The notes beneath the pieces were generated by a model. That model ran no database searches and was not told the origin of the DNA. It saw only the letters and a list, made by a program, of their open reading frames with translations. 64,000 bases of DNA from Scenedesmus sp. PABB004 (taxonomy: Eukaryota). Both the position numbers and the translations under genes were made by a program. The stretch is taken from the NCBI GenBank assembly GCA_014905635.1, contig JABVCE010000026.1:124001-188000 (forward strand). The letters are read 5' to 3'. Each line of letters starts with the position of its first letter. The stretch's first letter is position 1. Positions 25,509-36,605 of this stretch are shown piece by piece.

Positions 25509-25837
25509 GGCTGATGTGTTGGCGCACTGGAGCCGCCCAAACCAGCACTGGATTTGGCCAAAACCAACCCAGGAGTGGAGGGGACAACCCAACAGGAATG
25601 TGGAGCAGCGCAGTTGACATTGAACCGCGCGTAACGCAGCCGCCGCGAAGCCCCTGCCCACGCCGCCCGGCGCGTTCCGCAATCAGCCACTCGCGCAACA
25701 GCTACACGCGGCCTGCGGCGCGCCACCGCCGCGTCCACGAGCTGCAGCAGCGCAGCAGCGGCACCGCAGCGAGCGCCGCCCCCGTTCCGCCTGCGCCGCC
25801 GGCCCACGCGCCCTGCGCCACACGAGCAGCTGCAACG

Positions 25838-27108
25838 ATGCAGGCGGTCGTTCTGCGCTCGACGGGAGGGCCAGAGGTCCTCACGCTCGTGCGCGACCAC
25901 CCCAAGCCGCAGCGGAAGGCGGGGCAGGTGCTGGTGCGGCTGGCGAGCACATCTGTCAACCCGGTGGACACCTACATCCGCGCCGGCGTGATGGCGCCCT
26001 GCAGCTTCCCCTTTGTGCTCGGCGGCGACGTGGCAGGCGTGGTCGCCGAGGCGGACGAGGGCGGCGCGTTCAAGCGCGGCGACCGCGTCGTCGCGCTCAC
26101 GCCGGGTCCGCGCCGCGCCGCGCCGCGCCGTGCCGCGGCCGCTCTCTGTGCTCTGCTTGCTGCAGCGGCCGCCCCCGACGCTGCCGCGCGCCCTCGGCGT
26201 CCCGCGCGGCCTGCCAGGGTACTGGACGGACACCCCCGACGGCACGTACTGCGAGTTTGCGGTGTGCGAGCCGTCGTGGCTGGCGGCGCTGCCAGAGTCG
26301 CTGCCGCTCGAGACCGCGGGCGGGCTGCCGCTCGTGGGGCTCACCGCGTGGCAGGCGCTCATGGCGGTGCGGCGCGCGCGTGCGTGGGGGCGCGCCGGGC
26401 CTCGCTGCTGCGCGTGACGCGCCGCGCCGCGCCACGCCGCGCCGCGCCGCGCGCCAGGCGTCGCCGGTGCTGGGCCAGCGCGTGCTCGTGTTCGCGGCGG
26501 CGGGCGGCGTGGGCCACATCGCGGTGCAGACGGCCAAGGCGCTGGGGCTGCACGTGACCGCGGTGTGCGGGCCTGCCAACACGGTGCGCGGCGGCGGCCG
26601 CCGGCGCTCCGGCCTGCGTGTGCGCGCCGGCATGCGCGCGCCGACACGCCTGACCAGACCCGCGCGCCGGCCGCAGGCGTGGGTGGCCGAGGCGCTCGGC
26701 GCCGACGAGGTGCTGGACTACACGTCGCAGGACTTTGCGGCCGCGTTCAAGGGCCGGCCCTTCGACATCATCGTGGACTGCCTCGGCAACCCGCCCGACC
26801 GCCAGGCGGCGCTGCTGAGCGTGCTCCAGCCATCGGGGCACTACGCGGCCATCGCCAACGCGGGCACCGACCGGGCGGGGCTCGACGCGATGCGCGCCGC
26901 GCACGACGCGGGCGCGGGGCCGGGCGCGAGCCTGACGCTCGTGACGCCCAACGGCGCGCAGCTCGCGGAGCTCGTCGCGCTGTGGGCGGCGGGCAAGCTG
27001 CGGCTGGAGGTCGCGGCGGCGCTGCCGCTCGCCGAGGCGGCCGAGGCGCACCGGCGCGTGGAGAGCCGGCACACGCGCGGCAAGGTGGTGCTGACCGTCC
27101 CGGCGTGA
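25838..27108 (+). CDS. MDR-family (zinc-independent) NADPH:quinone oxidoreductase, 4 exons
   Basis: MQAVVLRSTGGPEVL, SVNPVDTYIRAG, VLGGDVAGVV, LPLVGLTAWQAL, AAAGGVGHIAVQ and EAHRRVESRHTRGKVVL. Confidence 0.9.
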
Positions 27109-27702
27109 GCGGCTGCGGCGCGAGGGAGGGAGGGCGGCGGGCGCAGAGCTGAGGGGGAGGTGACGGAGCTGAGGGGGAGTGACGCCGCGAGTTGCTGGCG
27201 GGCGCAGGCTGCATATGCGCGCGGCGAGCGCTCGCTCGGGGGCCGACAACGTAATGGTTTCCGTGGCGGCTCGTGTGGTTATGGCATACAACACACTTGG
27301 TAGCACAACGGGCGGCCGCAGCCGCCGACCCGAGCCGGGGCTCAGAGAGCGCGCCGGTGTGCGGCAGCGCATGGAGGTGGGCGAGCAAGTCCTGCGGTCC
27401 CCAATCACGCCAGAGGTGGGAGGTGGCACCCGTGGCACCCGTAAAACCCCGCGAAAATGCAGCGAGCCATTTGATTGGGGCGGCGCGGCAGCCGCAGCCG
27501 CAGCACACAGCGCGCCGCGCAGCAGCAGTCAGGCCCACAGTTCAGGCCCCAGCACGTGCCGTGCAATCGCCGCCCCGCCGGCGGCGGCGCGGCGGCCGCC
27601 GGCCCGCGCCGGCGACGCCGCCGCGCGCGCGCGCGCGGCCCCGAGCGCGCCCCGCGGCGGGCGCCTCCGTTGGCTGGAGTCGCTCCGCCCCGCGGAGCCG
27701 CC

Positions 27703-29912
27703 TCACATGAGCAGCGTGGTCTCGACGAGCAGCTTGGTGACGACGTAGGGGTCGAGGTTGGACGCGGGGCGGCGGTCCTCGTAGTAGCCGCACTTGTCGA
27801 CCGGCACCATGCGCCCCACGCGCACGCTGCAGCCGCGGTTGGCCACGCCCCAGCTGAAGTCGTTGATGCTGCTCGTCTCGTGCTTGCCCGTCAGGCGGCG
27901 CTCGTTGCCCTGCGGCGCGCGGCGGGGCGCGGCGCGCGGGGCGCAGGGCGCGGTCAGCAGGCGGGCCGGCGAGGCCGGCGGGCGGCGCGGGCGCCCGGGC
28001 AGCCCCGGCGCGCGGGGGCCGCGGCCAGCCCCGGCGCGCGCGCGCGGGCGGCGGAGCTCCTCACCTCGCCGTACTGCGCGATGTGGATGGCGTGGCGCTT
28101 CTCGAGCTTGGCGATCTGGGCCTGGATCGCGTCCCAGCCGGTGCCCTCGGCGCGCGTGGCGTTGTTGGAGTAGTTGACGTGCCCGCCAGCGCCGTTCCAG
28201 TCGCCTGCACGCGGCGCGCGGGGCGCAGCGCGCGCGCGGGGGCACGCGTGAGTCGGGCGCGGCGCAGCGCCGGGAGGGCAGGGCGGGGCGGGGCGGGGCG
28301 GCGGGAGGCCGCCGCGCCGCGACCGGGCCCGCGCCGCGACCGGGCCCGCGCCGCGACCGGGCCCGCACCCGGGATGGGCTTGGGGTCGAACGTGACCTCC
28401 ACGTTGTACGTCTCGGCCAGGCGGTACAGGATGTAGCGGGACATCCACATGTGGTCGCCGCCGTCCATGCCCAGGCAGGGGCCCACCTGCGCGGCCGCGC
28501 GCGGGCGGCGCGGGCGCGGGCTCAGCGCGCGGCGCCGCGCCCCCGCCTCTCCGACTGGAACCCCCCACCCACACCCGCCGACCCGCGCCCACCCACACAA
28601 ACTTTCCCGCCCACCCCAGCGCCCGCCCACGCGCGCCCACGCGCGCGCACCTGGTACTCCCACTGCGCGGGCATGACCTCCGCGTTGACGCCGCTGATGT
28701 TGATGCCGGCGAAGAGGCACATCTTGTAGTGCACGTCCGCGAGGTCGCGCCCGATCGCGCAGCCGGTGCCGGCGGAGCAGTAGTAGGGGCCCTGCGGCGC
28801 GGGGTAGCCGTTGTCGGGCCAGCCGAGCGGCCACTTGGTCAGCGGGTTGAGCAGCGTGTACTCCTGCTCGATGCCAAACCTGGGTGCGCGTGTGTGGGTG
28901 TGGTGTGTGGGCGTGCGCGTGGGTGCGGTGTGCGTGTTTGGGGCGGTCGGGAGCAGCGCGCGGCGCGGCGGGGCGAGCGGCGCGGCGGGGGCCGGGGCAG
29001 CCGGGGCCGGGGGCAGCCGGGGGCCGGGGGCAGGCGCGGGCGGAGGAGGCGAAGCGGGGCGCACCAGGGCTCCTCGGCCTTGGCCTTCTCCATCACGGCG
29101 GCGCAGGAGAAGCGGGAGTTGGTGGGGATGGGCTTCGGCGCGCCGACGGTGCCGTCGGGCTGCACCTTGGGCGGCTCGTACGCGTCGCAGAGCACCAGGA
29201 TGTTGTCGCCCATGCGGAAGGGGTCCCTGCGCGCGCCACGCGGCGGCGGCGGTGCGCAGCGGCGGCACGCGCGGGGGTTGAGAGGCGCGGGGGCGCGGGG
29301 CGCGCGGGGCTGCGCCGGCGCGCGCGGGCGCGGCGGCCGGGCGGCAGCGCGGCGGCCGGGCGGCAGGCGGCGGCGGCGGCGCGTGCTGCGCGCGCCTGAA
29401 GATGCAGCGGGGGATGAGGTAAACCTCGCTGTCGGTGCCGGGGGCCTGGCCCGTGGAGGAGCCGTCGTAGTTCCAGTGCGGCAGGTCCTCCGGCTTCTCA
29501 GGCACCTGCGCGCGCGACGCGCACGCGCGGGCGGGCGGCCGCGGCGCGTGAGCGCGCGGGCGCGCGGCGGGCGGGCGCGGGGCGGGCGTGCGCGGCGGCG
29601 CGCGCGCGCGCGCGCGCGCGCGCGCGCACGCCCACCTTGGCGAGCGTGCGCGACTTGGAGCGCAGGTCGGCGCCGCTGCCGCCGATCCACACGTACTCGG
29701 CGATGATCTTGCCGCCCTGGTCGGGCACGGTGTCGAGGTAGAAGCGGGTGATGCTGTGGTCCAGGAACGGCTCAATCTTGCCTGCGCACCGGCGGCGGCG
29801 CGCGGGCGGGCGGCGCGCTCGGGCGGCCGCGGCGGCGGCGCGCGCGCCGGCGGCGGCGGCGCGGCGCGGCGGGGCACGCACCCACAGGCCCGTAGACCTT
29901 GGGGCCCGACAT
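27703..29912 (-). CDS. GLN1: Cytosolic glutamine synthetase (GSII), 8 coding exons
   Basis: [99 protein letters not shown]. No transit peptide, resembling Chlamydomonas GLN1. Probable 5'UTR intron ~29918-30348. Confidence 0.95.
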
Positions 29913-30419
29913 CGCGCCTGCGCGCGGCGGCGGCGGGCAGCGCGCGCGCGCGGTCAGCCCAAACCCTAGCATGGGCGTCAATTGCGCGCCCGCCCGCGAC
30001 GAGGCGGCCTCGACGCTGGCGGCGCGTCGCGGCATCGCGCGGCGCGGGCTGGCGCGGCGCGGGCTGGACGGGGCGGGTCAGCGATGAGCCTAGGGTTGTC
30101 CAGCTGCCGTGCAGCGCCGCGCGCCGCGCTGGCTGTGTGCCCGGGCGCATCGTCTGACCCCGCCGCATCCGTCCCGCCGGCATCTGCCACCGGATCGACC
30201 CCGCCGGCGCGCCAGGGCTTGCTGCCGGCGGGCGATGGGCCGTCTGCCGGCCGTCGGCTGCCCGGCAGCCTCTGGCGCTGCGCCCCCGCGGCGCCTCGCA
30301 GTCGCTGGGCACCACGGGCAGATGCGGCGGGCCCGCCAGCGCGCGCACCTGGTTGGGAGAGGGCTGTTGCGGGGCGGGGGCGCGCGCGGAGGCGCGAGGA
30401 GGGATGCTGTGGAGGCGGG

Positions 30420-30750
30420 TGCGGGGGCGGGAGTGCGGGTGCCGGCGGCGCGCGCGCCCGGCCTCCCCGGCCGCGGTGCGCAGCTGCCGGGACGTGAAGC
30501 GGTTTCGTCACCGAACCCTAGCGCCGCATCAACACGCCGCGCGACGCGCGCTGACGGCCCGCGCTCGGGGCGCACCCGCGCGGCGCCGCGCACCGCCGCC
30601 GGCCGCCCGGCTGCTGCCGCCGGCAGTCGCGCGCCCGCCGCCGCCGCCGCTGCGCTTGGGCGGGCGCGTCAGCGCTTGCCCTTCTGCGCGTAGCCCTTTG
30701 CCGCGTAGCCCTGCGGCGGCCGCGCGGCGAGGCGGGGGTCGCCCCGCTGC
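30420..30750 (-). repeat. Inverted diverged copy (A') of 32037-32394: EAF6 last-intron end, last exon and 3' flank
   Basis: The reverse complement reads ...gccgccgcag GGC TAC GCG GCA AAG GGC TAC GCG CAG AAG GGC AAG CGC TGA ... ctagggttcggtgacgaaaccgcttcacgtcccggcagctgcgcaccgcgg... and matches 32037-32394 with a few substitutions and indels. Confidence 0.92.
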
Positions 30751-30775
30751 GGCGGGGGCCGCGCAGCGCCGCGCA

Positions 30776-30890
30776 GCGCGTGGGGGCGCGCACGGCGGCC
30801 TGCGGCGCGGCCGCGGCTATGGCGCCGGCGCCGCGACTGCCCAGGCGACTGCAGCGACCAGAGCATTGGCGGGCACAGCGGGCGCGTCCT
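30776..30890 (-). repeat. Second inverted diverged copy (B') of ~32594-32712
   Basis: atggcgccggcgccgcgactgcccaggcgactgcagcgacc is the near reverse complement of ggtcgctgcagtcgcccgagcagtcgcggcgccgg...cgccat at 32628-32677. Confidence 0.75.
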
Positions 30891-31243
30891 TCCAACGCGG
30901 GGCGACCGCCGACCAGGGCCCAGCGGCGGCGCTCGAACCGCGCGCGCCCGGCGGACCTGAACGACCCGCGCATGGCGTGCCCGGCCCACCCGCTGCCCAG
31001 CCCCGCGCGCCGCTCGCTCTGCTGAACGCTCGGTCCGGCCCCGCGGAGCAGCATCGGAGTTGCCCCCGCCCGATTGCGGGCGCCCCGCCCGCCCGGCGCC
31101 CGGCTCGGCCGCCCCCCACGCGCCCGGCCTCTCCTGCGGTCGCCCGCGGCGCGGCGCGCCCGGCGGCCCGAGCGCCAGCGCGCTCAGGCCGCCGCGCCGC
31201 GGCGAGCAGCGGCGCGGCGAGCAGCGGCGCGGCCGGCGCCGCG

Positions 31244-32137
31244 ATGCAGCACAAGCAGGTGCCCGCCTTTGACCAGCTGGTGCAGTACCGCGAGCAGCTG
31301 GCCAACGACCTGGCCCGCGTGGAGAATCAGGCACGCGGCGGGGCTTGCGACCGGGCGGCGCAGCCGCGGGCGACGGCGCGGTGCGACGCCGCCCCGCCGC
31401 CGCCGCCGCCGCCGCTTTGTCGCGCCGTCGCGCGAGCAGATCGCGGACCTGGAGTATGCCTACTTCACCGCGGAGCACTCGCAGGCGGGCAACGTGCTCA
31501 AGGTGCGGCGCGGCGGCAGGGGCGGCAGCGTCAGCGGCGCATGCGCGCGCGCGCCACCCGAGCGCCCCCCCCCCCACCACCACCACCCCTGCCACGCGCG
31601 CTGCTGGGCGCCGCGGGGCCAGGGGTTTGAGGGCTACCTGTCGTCCAAGGAGGCGCTGCGCAAGCGCCAGTCGCGCGCGTGGAAGCCGGAGGACCGGCTC
31701 TTCAGCCTCAGCAGCCGCACCTCGCCCGTGGTGCGCGCCTGCGGGGCGCGCGCGCGGGGGCCGGGGACGGCGCGGCGGCGGCGGTGCGCGGCGGGTGGCT
31801 GGCGGGGGGCGGCCGGGCGGCGGCAGGGCGCGCCCCGCACGCGCGCCGCCGACCCACCACCACCGCGCGCGCGCGCGCCGCAGAGCAAGGAGCTTGGCGA
31901 GCCGGAGGCAGTGGACGCGCTCGGCGGCGGCGGCGGTTTCGGCAAGAAGGTGCGGCGCGCCACGCGCGCGCTCTGCAGCGCGGAGCGGCCGCTGGACGCT
32001 GGCCCCCGGCGCCCCGGCGCTCCCGGCCCCCGCCGCGCAGCGGGCGGGCCGACCCCCGCCGCGCCGCGCGGCCGCCGCAGGGCTACGCGGCCAAGGGCTA
32101 CGCGCAGAAGGGCTACGCGCAGAAGGGCAAGCGCTGA
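31244..32137 (+). CDS. EAF6: NuA4/MOZ histone acetyltransferase subunit Eaf6/MEAF6, 5 exons
   Basis: QLANDLARVENQ|IADLEYAYF...GNVLK|GFEGYLSS...EDRLFSLSSRTSP matches the Eaf6 motifs. First intron is GC-AG (31331); last exon is GYAAKGYAQKGYAQKGKR*. Confidence 0.85.
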
Positions 32138-32394
32138 CGCGCCCGCCCAAGTGCAGCGGCGGCGGCGGCGGGCGCGCGACTGCCAGCGGCAGCAGCCGGG
32201 CGGCCGGCGGCGGTGCGGGCGCCGCGCGGGTGCGCCCCGAGCGCGGGCCGTCAGCGCGCGTCGGGACAGCGGCGCGGCGTGTTGATGCGGCGCTAGGGTT
32301 CGGTGACGAAACCGCTTCACGTCCCGGCAGCTGCGCACCGCGGTCGGGGAGGCCGGGCGCGCGCGCCGCCGGCACCCGCACTCCCGCCCCCGCA
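32037..32394 (+). repeat. Right-hand arm (A) of the inverted duplication
   Basis: Pairs with 30420-30750. Confidence 0.92.
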
Positions 32395-32771
32395 ACCCCG
32401 CATCCAAGCATCTGCCCCCCGCGCGGCGCACCGCTCGCCCAGCTGCGCCGTCAGCGTGGGCGAGGGCCGCACGCGCCCTCGGCCAGGCGTCGCCCCGCGG
32501 CAGGCGAGCGGGCGGCGAGCGGCGCGGCGGCACGCCGCCGCGCAGCGGCGCGGTGTGCTCGCACCTCCGCCGTGGTCGCCGCGCCCCGAGTTGCACGCCC
32601 CCGCCGTGCCGCCAACGCGCGTGCGCCGGTCGCTGCAGTCGCCCGAGCAGTCGCGGCGCCGGCGGGCCGGCGCCATGGCCGCGCCTGCGGCCGCCTAGGC
32701 GGGCCCACGCGACGCGCGGCGCCTGTCTCGCGCTCCCGGACCGCCGGCGGGCCGCGCGGGAGGCTGGCGCG

Positions 32772-35700
32772 ATGCTGAAAAAGCTGAAAAAGCTCAAGGC
32801 GGAGCTCAAGGCCGCGTTCAAGCCCAAGAGCGCCGCCCGGAAGGATGCGGCCGCGATCACGCACGGCGCCTGCGATCCACCGCCCCAGGCGGCGCCGCAG
32901 GCCGCGGACGGCACCGCCGGCCCGCTCTCCCGGCCCCGTGCGTGGCGGACGGGCGCCGACGCGACGCGCGTCGCGGCGCACGCGCGGCGCCGCTGCCGAG
33001 GCGGCCTGCTGCGGCGCGGGCGCGGCGCGGGGACCGGCCGCGGATCATTTCGCCCGCTGCCGCTGCCGGCGCAGGCGGCTCCGTGGGCCTGCGCACCTCC
33101 ATCGACCTTCCCCTGCCGCCGGGCGTGAGGGACCCCGCAGGCGAGCCGCGGACGGGCGGCGCCGCGCCGGCGCGGCGGCGAGCGGGCGGCGCCAGCGCCG
33201 CGCGGCGCGGCCGCCGCGCGGCGCGCCTCGCGCCGACGCGCGCCTGGCGCACCTCCGGCGGGTGCATTGGCGTGAGCCCGCGACCCCACGCGCTCCGCGC
33301 GGCCGCCACCCCGCAGGCGAGGCGCGGCCGAGCGACGTCGGCGGCGGCGCCGGCGCGGCGGTGCTGCAGCCGGTGATGGAGCACGGCCACAGCCAGCAGC
33401 CTCAGGAGCCACAGCCGCCGCAGCAGCCGCAGCAGCAGCAGCAGCAGGAGCAGGAGCAGCAGCAGCAGGAGCAGCAGCAGCAGGAGCACGTGCGGCAGCA
33501 GCAGCACGACCACGCGCGTCAGCCGCGGCAGCACCAACACGCCGCGCCGCTCTCGCCGCGCGCGCACCGTGCGTCGCCGACCGCGGCGGCGGGCACGAGC
33601 ACGGCCGCAGGCGACGAGGCGGCTGCCAGCGTTGGGCACGGCGCCGCGCACGGCGCCGGCCACGGCGCCGCGCACGGCCGCGGGCGGCACAGCAGCAGCC
33701 GGCAGCACGCGCATGCCGCCGCCGCCGACGACGCCGGCGGGCCGCGCGGGCCCGAGCCCAGCCGCACGCCGCGCGACGAGGACCTGGACGGCTGCCCGCC
33801 CTACGCGACCAAGGCGGTCTGGGGCCTCCGCTACACGATGGAGGACAAGTGGGCAGCGGTGCCCAACCTCATCCAGGCGCGCGCACGGCCTGGCCTGGCC
33901 TGGCGGGGCCGCGCGCGACTGTGGCGGGGCGCCCCGCGCTGCTGGCGCGCGCCGCCGCCACGCGCCGACGCGCCCCGCCGCCCGCCGCGCGGCGCCCCGC
34001 CCCGCGCAGCTGCCTGCGGTGCTTACCACGGCTGCGCGCAAGCCGTGCGCGGCGGCGGCGGGCAAGGCCCAGGGCTGCGGCTGCATGGCGACCACCAGCA
34101 AGGTGCTGGCCAAGGTGTGCGGCCGCGCACACGCGGGAGCATGGCCGCCGCGCGCGGCTCTGCTCGCGCCGCGCGGGCTGCGAGCGCGCCCCGGCCGCCG
34201 CCGCGTCCGCGTCCGCGCAGGTGTCGCCCGGCGGCGGGCGCGACCGCGCGCCGGACCGCGTGCCGCTCATGGCGACGCACCACGGCAGCGACGCGCTCGC
34301 GGAGCCGCCGGGCGCCTACGGCAGCAGCGACGCCGCGTCGGGCGCGTCGGGCAGCGCGCCGGGCGGCGGCGAGGACAGCCTGCACTACTTCGGCGTGTTT
34401 GACGGCCACGGCGGCGCCGACGCGGCGCGGCACTGCGCCGCGCGCATGCACGAGGTGCGCCCGCGCAGCGCCGGGGTGTCGCGCGCCCGCGGCGCTCGGT
34501 GCCGACGGCCCGCCCGCCGGCCGGCCGCGCAGGTCGTGCTGGAGACCTTGCGCAGCATGCTCAGCCCCGAGGGCGCGGAGGCGGCGGCGGCGGCGGCTGC
34601 CGCGGCCACGTCGGAGGCGGCCGCGAACGAGGACGCGGGCGGCGCGATCGCCGCGGCGGCGGGCGCGCAGCAGCCAGCGCAGCCGGCGCAGGAGGGGCAG
34701 CCGGCGCAGCGGGCGGCGGAGCAGGCGTCGCAGCCGCAGCAGGCGGCGGAGCAGGCGGCGCAGCCGCAGCAGGACGCGCAGGCGGCAGCAGCGGAGGCGG
34801 CGCCGCCGCCAGCGCCGCCGCCGGCGCCTGCAGCCGCAGGCGCCAAGGCCGCCGCCGTCGCGCCGCCCTCGCCTGCGGCCATCAGCGCGCTCGCCTCCTC
34901 GGACGGCAGCTGGCTGCTACTGGCGCTCAGCAGGTGCGGTGCTGCGCCGCCGGGCGCGCAGTTGCCGCTGCCGCCCGCTGCCGCGGGCGGCTGCCCACCC
35001 CGGGGGCGGCGGCGCCGCCGCGGCGCAGGGCGTTCGTGTCGCTGGACCGTGAGTTTGGCGTCCTCAGCGAGGGCAGCTACGTCGGCAGCACCGCGGTCGT
35101 CGTGCTGCTCGGCGCCACGCGGCTGTGGGTCGCGCACGCGGGCGACTCGCGCGCTGTGCTCGGCCGCCGCGGCACCGCGATCGTGCTCACGAGCGACCAC
35201 AAGGCCTCGCGCGGCGACGAGGTCGCGCGCGTGCAGGTGACGCCGCGGCGGCGCCGCGGCGGCGCCCGCAGACGCGCCGCCGCGCCGCCGCGCCGCCGCG
35301 CCGATGCGGTGGCGCACAGCCGCGCCGCGCTCACCGCTGCCGCCGCTGCTGCTGCGCGCAGGCGGCGGGCGGGCATGTGTGGTGGGACCGCGTGATGGGC
35401 GAGCTGGCGGTCAGCCGTGCGATCGGCGACCACTGCCTGCGCCCGTACGTCATCCCGGAGCCCGAGGTGCGGCGCCGCCGTCCGCGCGGCGCGGCGCCGC
35501 GCGCCGCCCCTGCTCGCGCGTGCCCGCGCGTCACGGCGCCGCCGCCGCGCCGCCGCGTCCCGCGTGCCCGCGCAGGTGTCGATGCTGGAGCGCAGCCCCG
35601 ACGACGACGTGCTGGTCATGGCCAGCGACGGGCTGTGGGACGTGCTGGGCAACCAGGAGGCCGCCGACATGGCGCTGCACAGCCTGCAGGCCGCCGAGGC

Positions 35701-36001
35701 GGCGGGGCACGCCGGCGTCGCGGCGGCGAAGCGCGCCGCCACGGCGCTGACCAAGACCGCGCTGGACCGTGGCACGCGGGACAACGTGACGGTCCTCGTC
35801 GTCGACCTGCGCAGCGGCGCCGGCGCCGGCGGCGGCGCGCGCGCCGCCGCGCCCGCGGCGGTGCGGGCCGACGCCTGCAGCGCGGCGCCGCGCGGCGCGG
35901 GCGGCGCGGCGCCGGGCGGCGCCGCGGCGGCGCCCGCGCCGGACGGCGGCGGCTCGCCCGCGGGCGAGCGGCCCAGCGGCGGCGCCGCGGGGGCCATTTG
36001 A
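32772..36001 (+). CDS. PP2C/PPM protein phosphatase with long N-terminal extension, ~9 exons
   Basis: GLRYTMED, YFGVFDGHGG, GSTAVV, AHAGDSRAVL, SDHK, LAVSRAIGD, MASDGLWDVL, GTRDNVTVLVVDL. The N-terminal exon structure is less certain (GC donors at 33141 and 33877). Confidence 0.9.
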
Positions 36002-36605
36002 GCGTGCGCCATCCATCGGCCACTCGCCACCAGCCATGCGCCACCCCGTGGCGCACCGTCGGGCACACACTGAACCGCGCGCGCCGCGCTCCTGCGGGGC
36101 GGCGGCTCCCAAACGCACGGGCCCGCGCCGGCGGCGCGCTGCGGCCTTCTTCACTGCACACTGCGCACCTGTCGCTCGGGCCCGCGGGCCCGCTGTTGAA
36201 ATGCCGGGGAGGGCCTTGCCGGCACCGGGGCGTTTGACTGAAACGAAACCGGCGCGCCCGGCGCGCTGCGCAGTCTGGTCGTCACTCTGTGGCGGCGGAT
36301 TGACGAGTCTGGCGTTGGTTGGTTGGTTTTGGTGTGAGGCTGGAGCGGAGGGGGGTCGAGGCGGCCTCGGGCCGGGTCGGCGGCAACTCGGGCCGGCGCG
36401 CGCACGCGGCAGCGGCGGCAGCAGCGGCGCAACTGGGCAGCGGCGGCGGTGGGGCCGAGCTTGCCTCGGACTGCCACAGGGCTGCGGGGCTCAGAGCCTC
36501 GCGAGCCCCGGAGCAGAAACCGGTCGGCCTCTGCAACCGTCGTCCTCCGCTTGCCCGCCCGCCCCCGCCCGCGCCGCCCAGCGCCTCGCCGGGAGTGTGA
36601 GCACC

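Noticed and set aside
23231..26557. Apparent GSDH-MDR fusion ORF
   Set aside because: The spliced GSDH stops at 25508 and the MDR gene has its own ATG at 25838.
27146..27184. GAGCTGAGGGGGAG(G)TGACG direct repeat in the MDR 3' flank
   Set aside because: A simple two-copy slippage duplication with no evidence of function.
15165..29912. MDH, LEU1L and GLN1 as a metabolic gene cluster
   Set aside because: Different pathways and compartments, mixed strands and unrelated genes interspersed; consistent with chance in a gene-dense genome.
30420..32394. Interpretation of the inverted arms as TIRs of a DNA transposon (Pack-MULE/foldback)
   Set aside because: The arms are host EAF6 exon and 3' flank sequence. 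No target-site duplication or transposase is visible.
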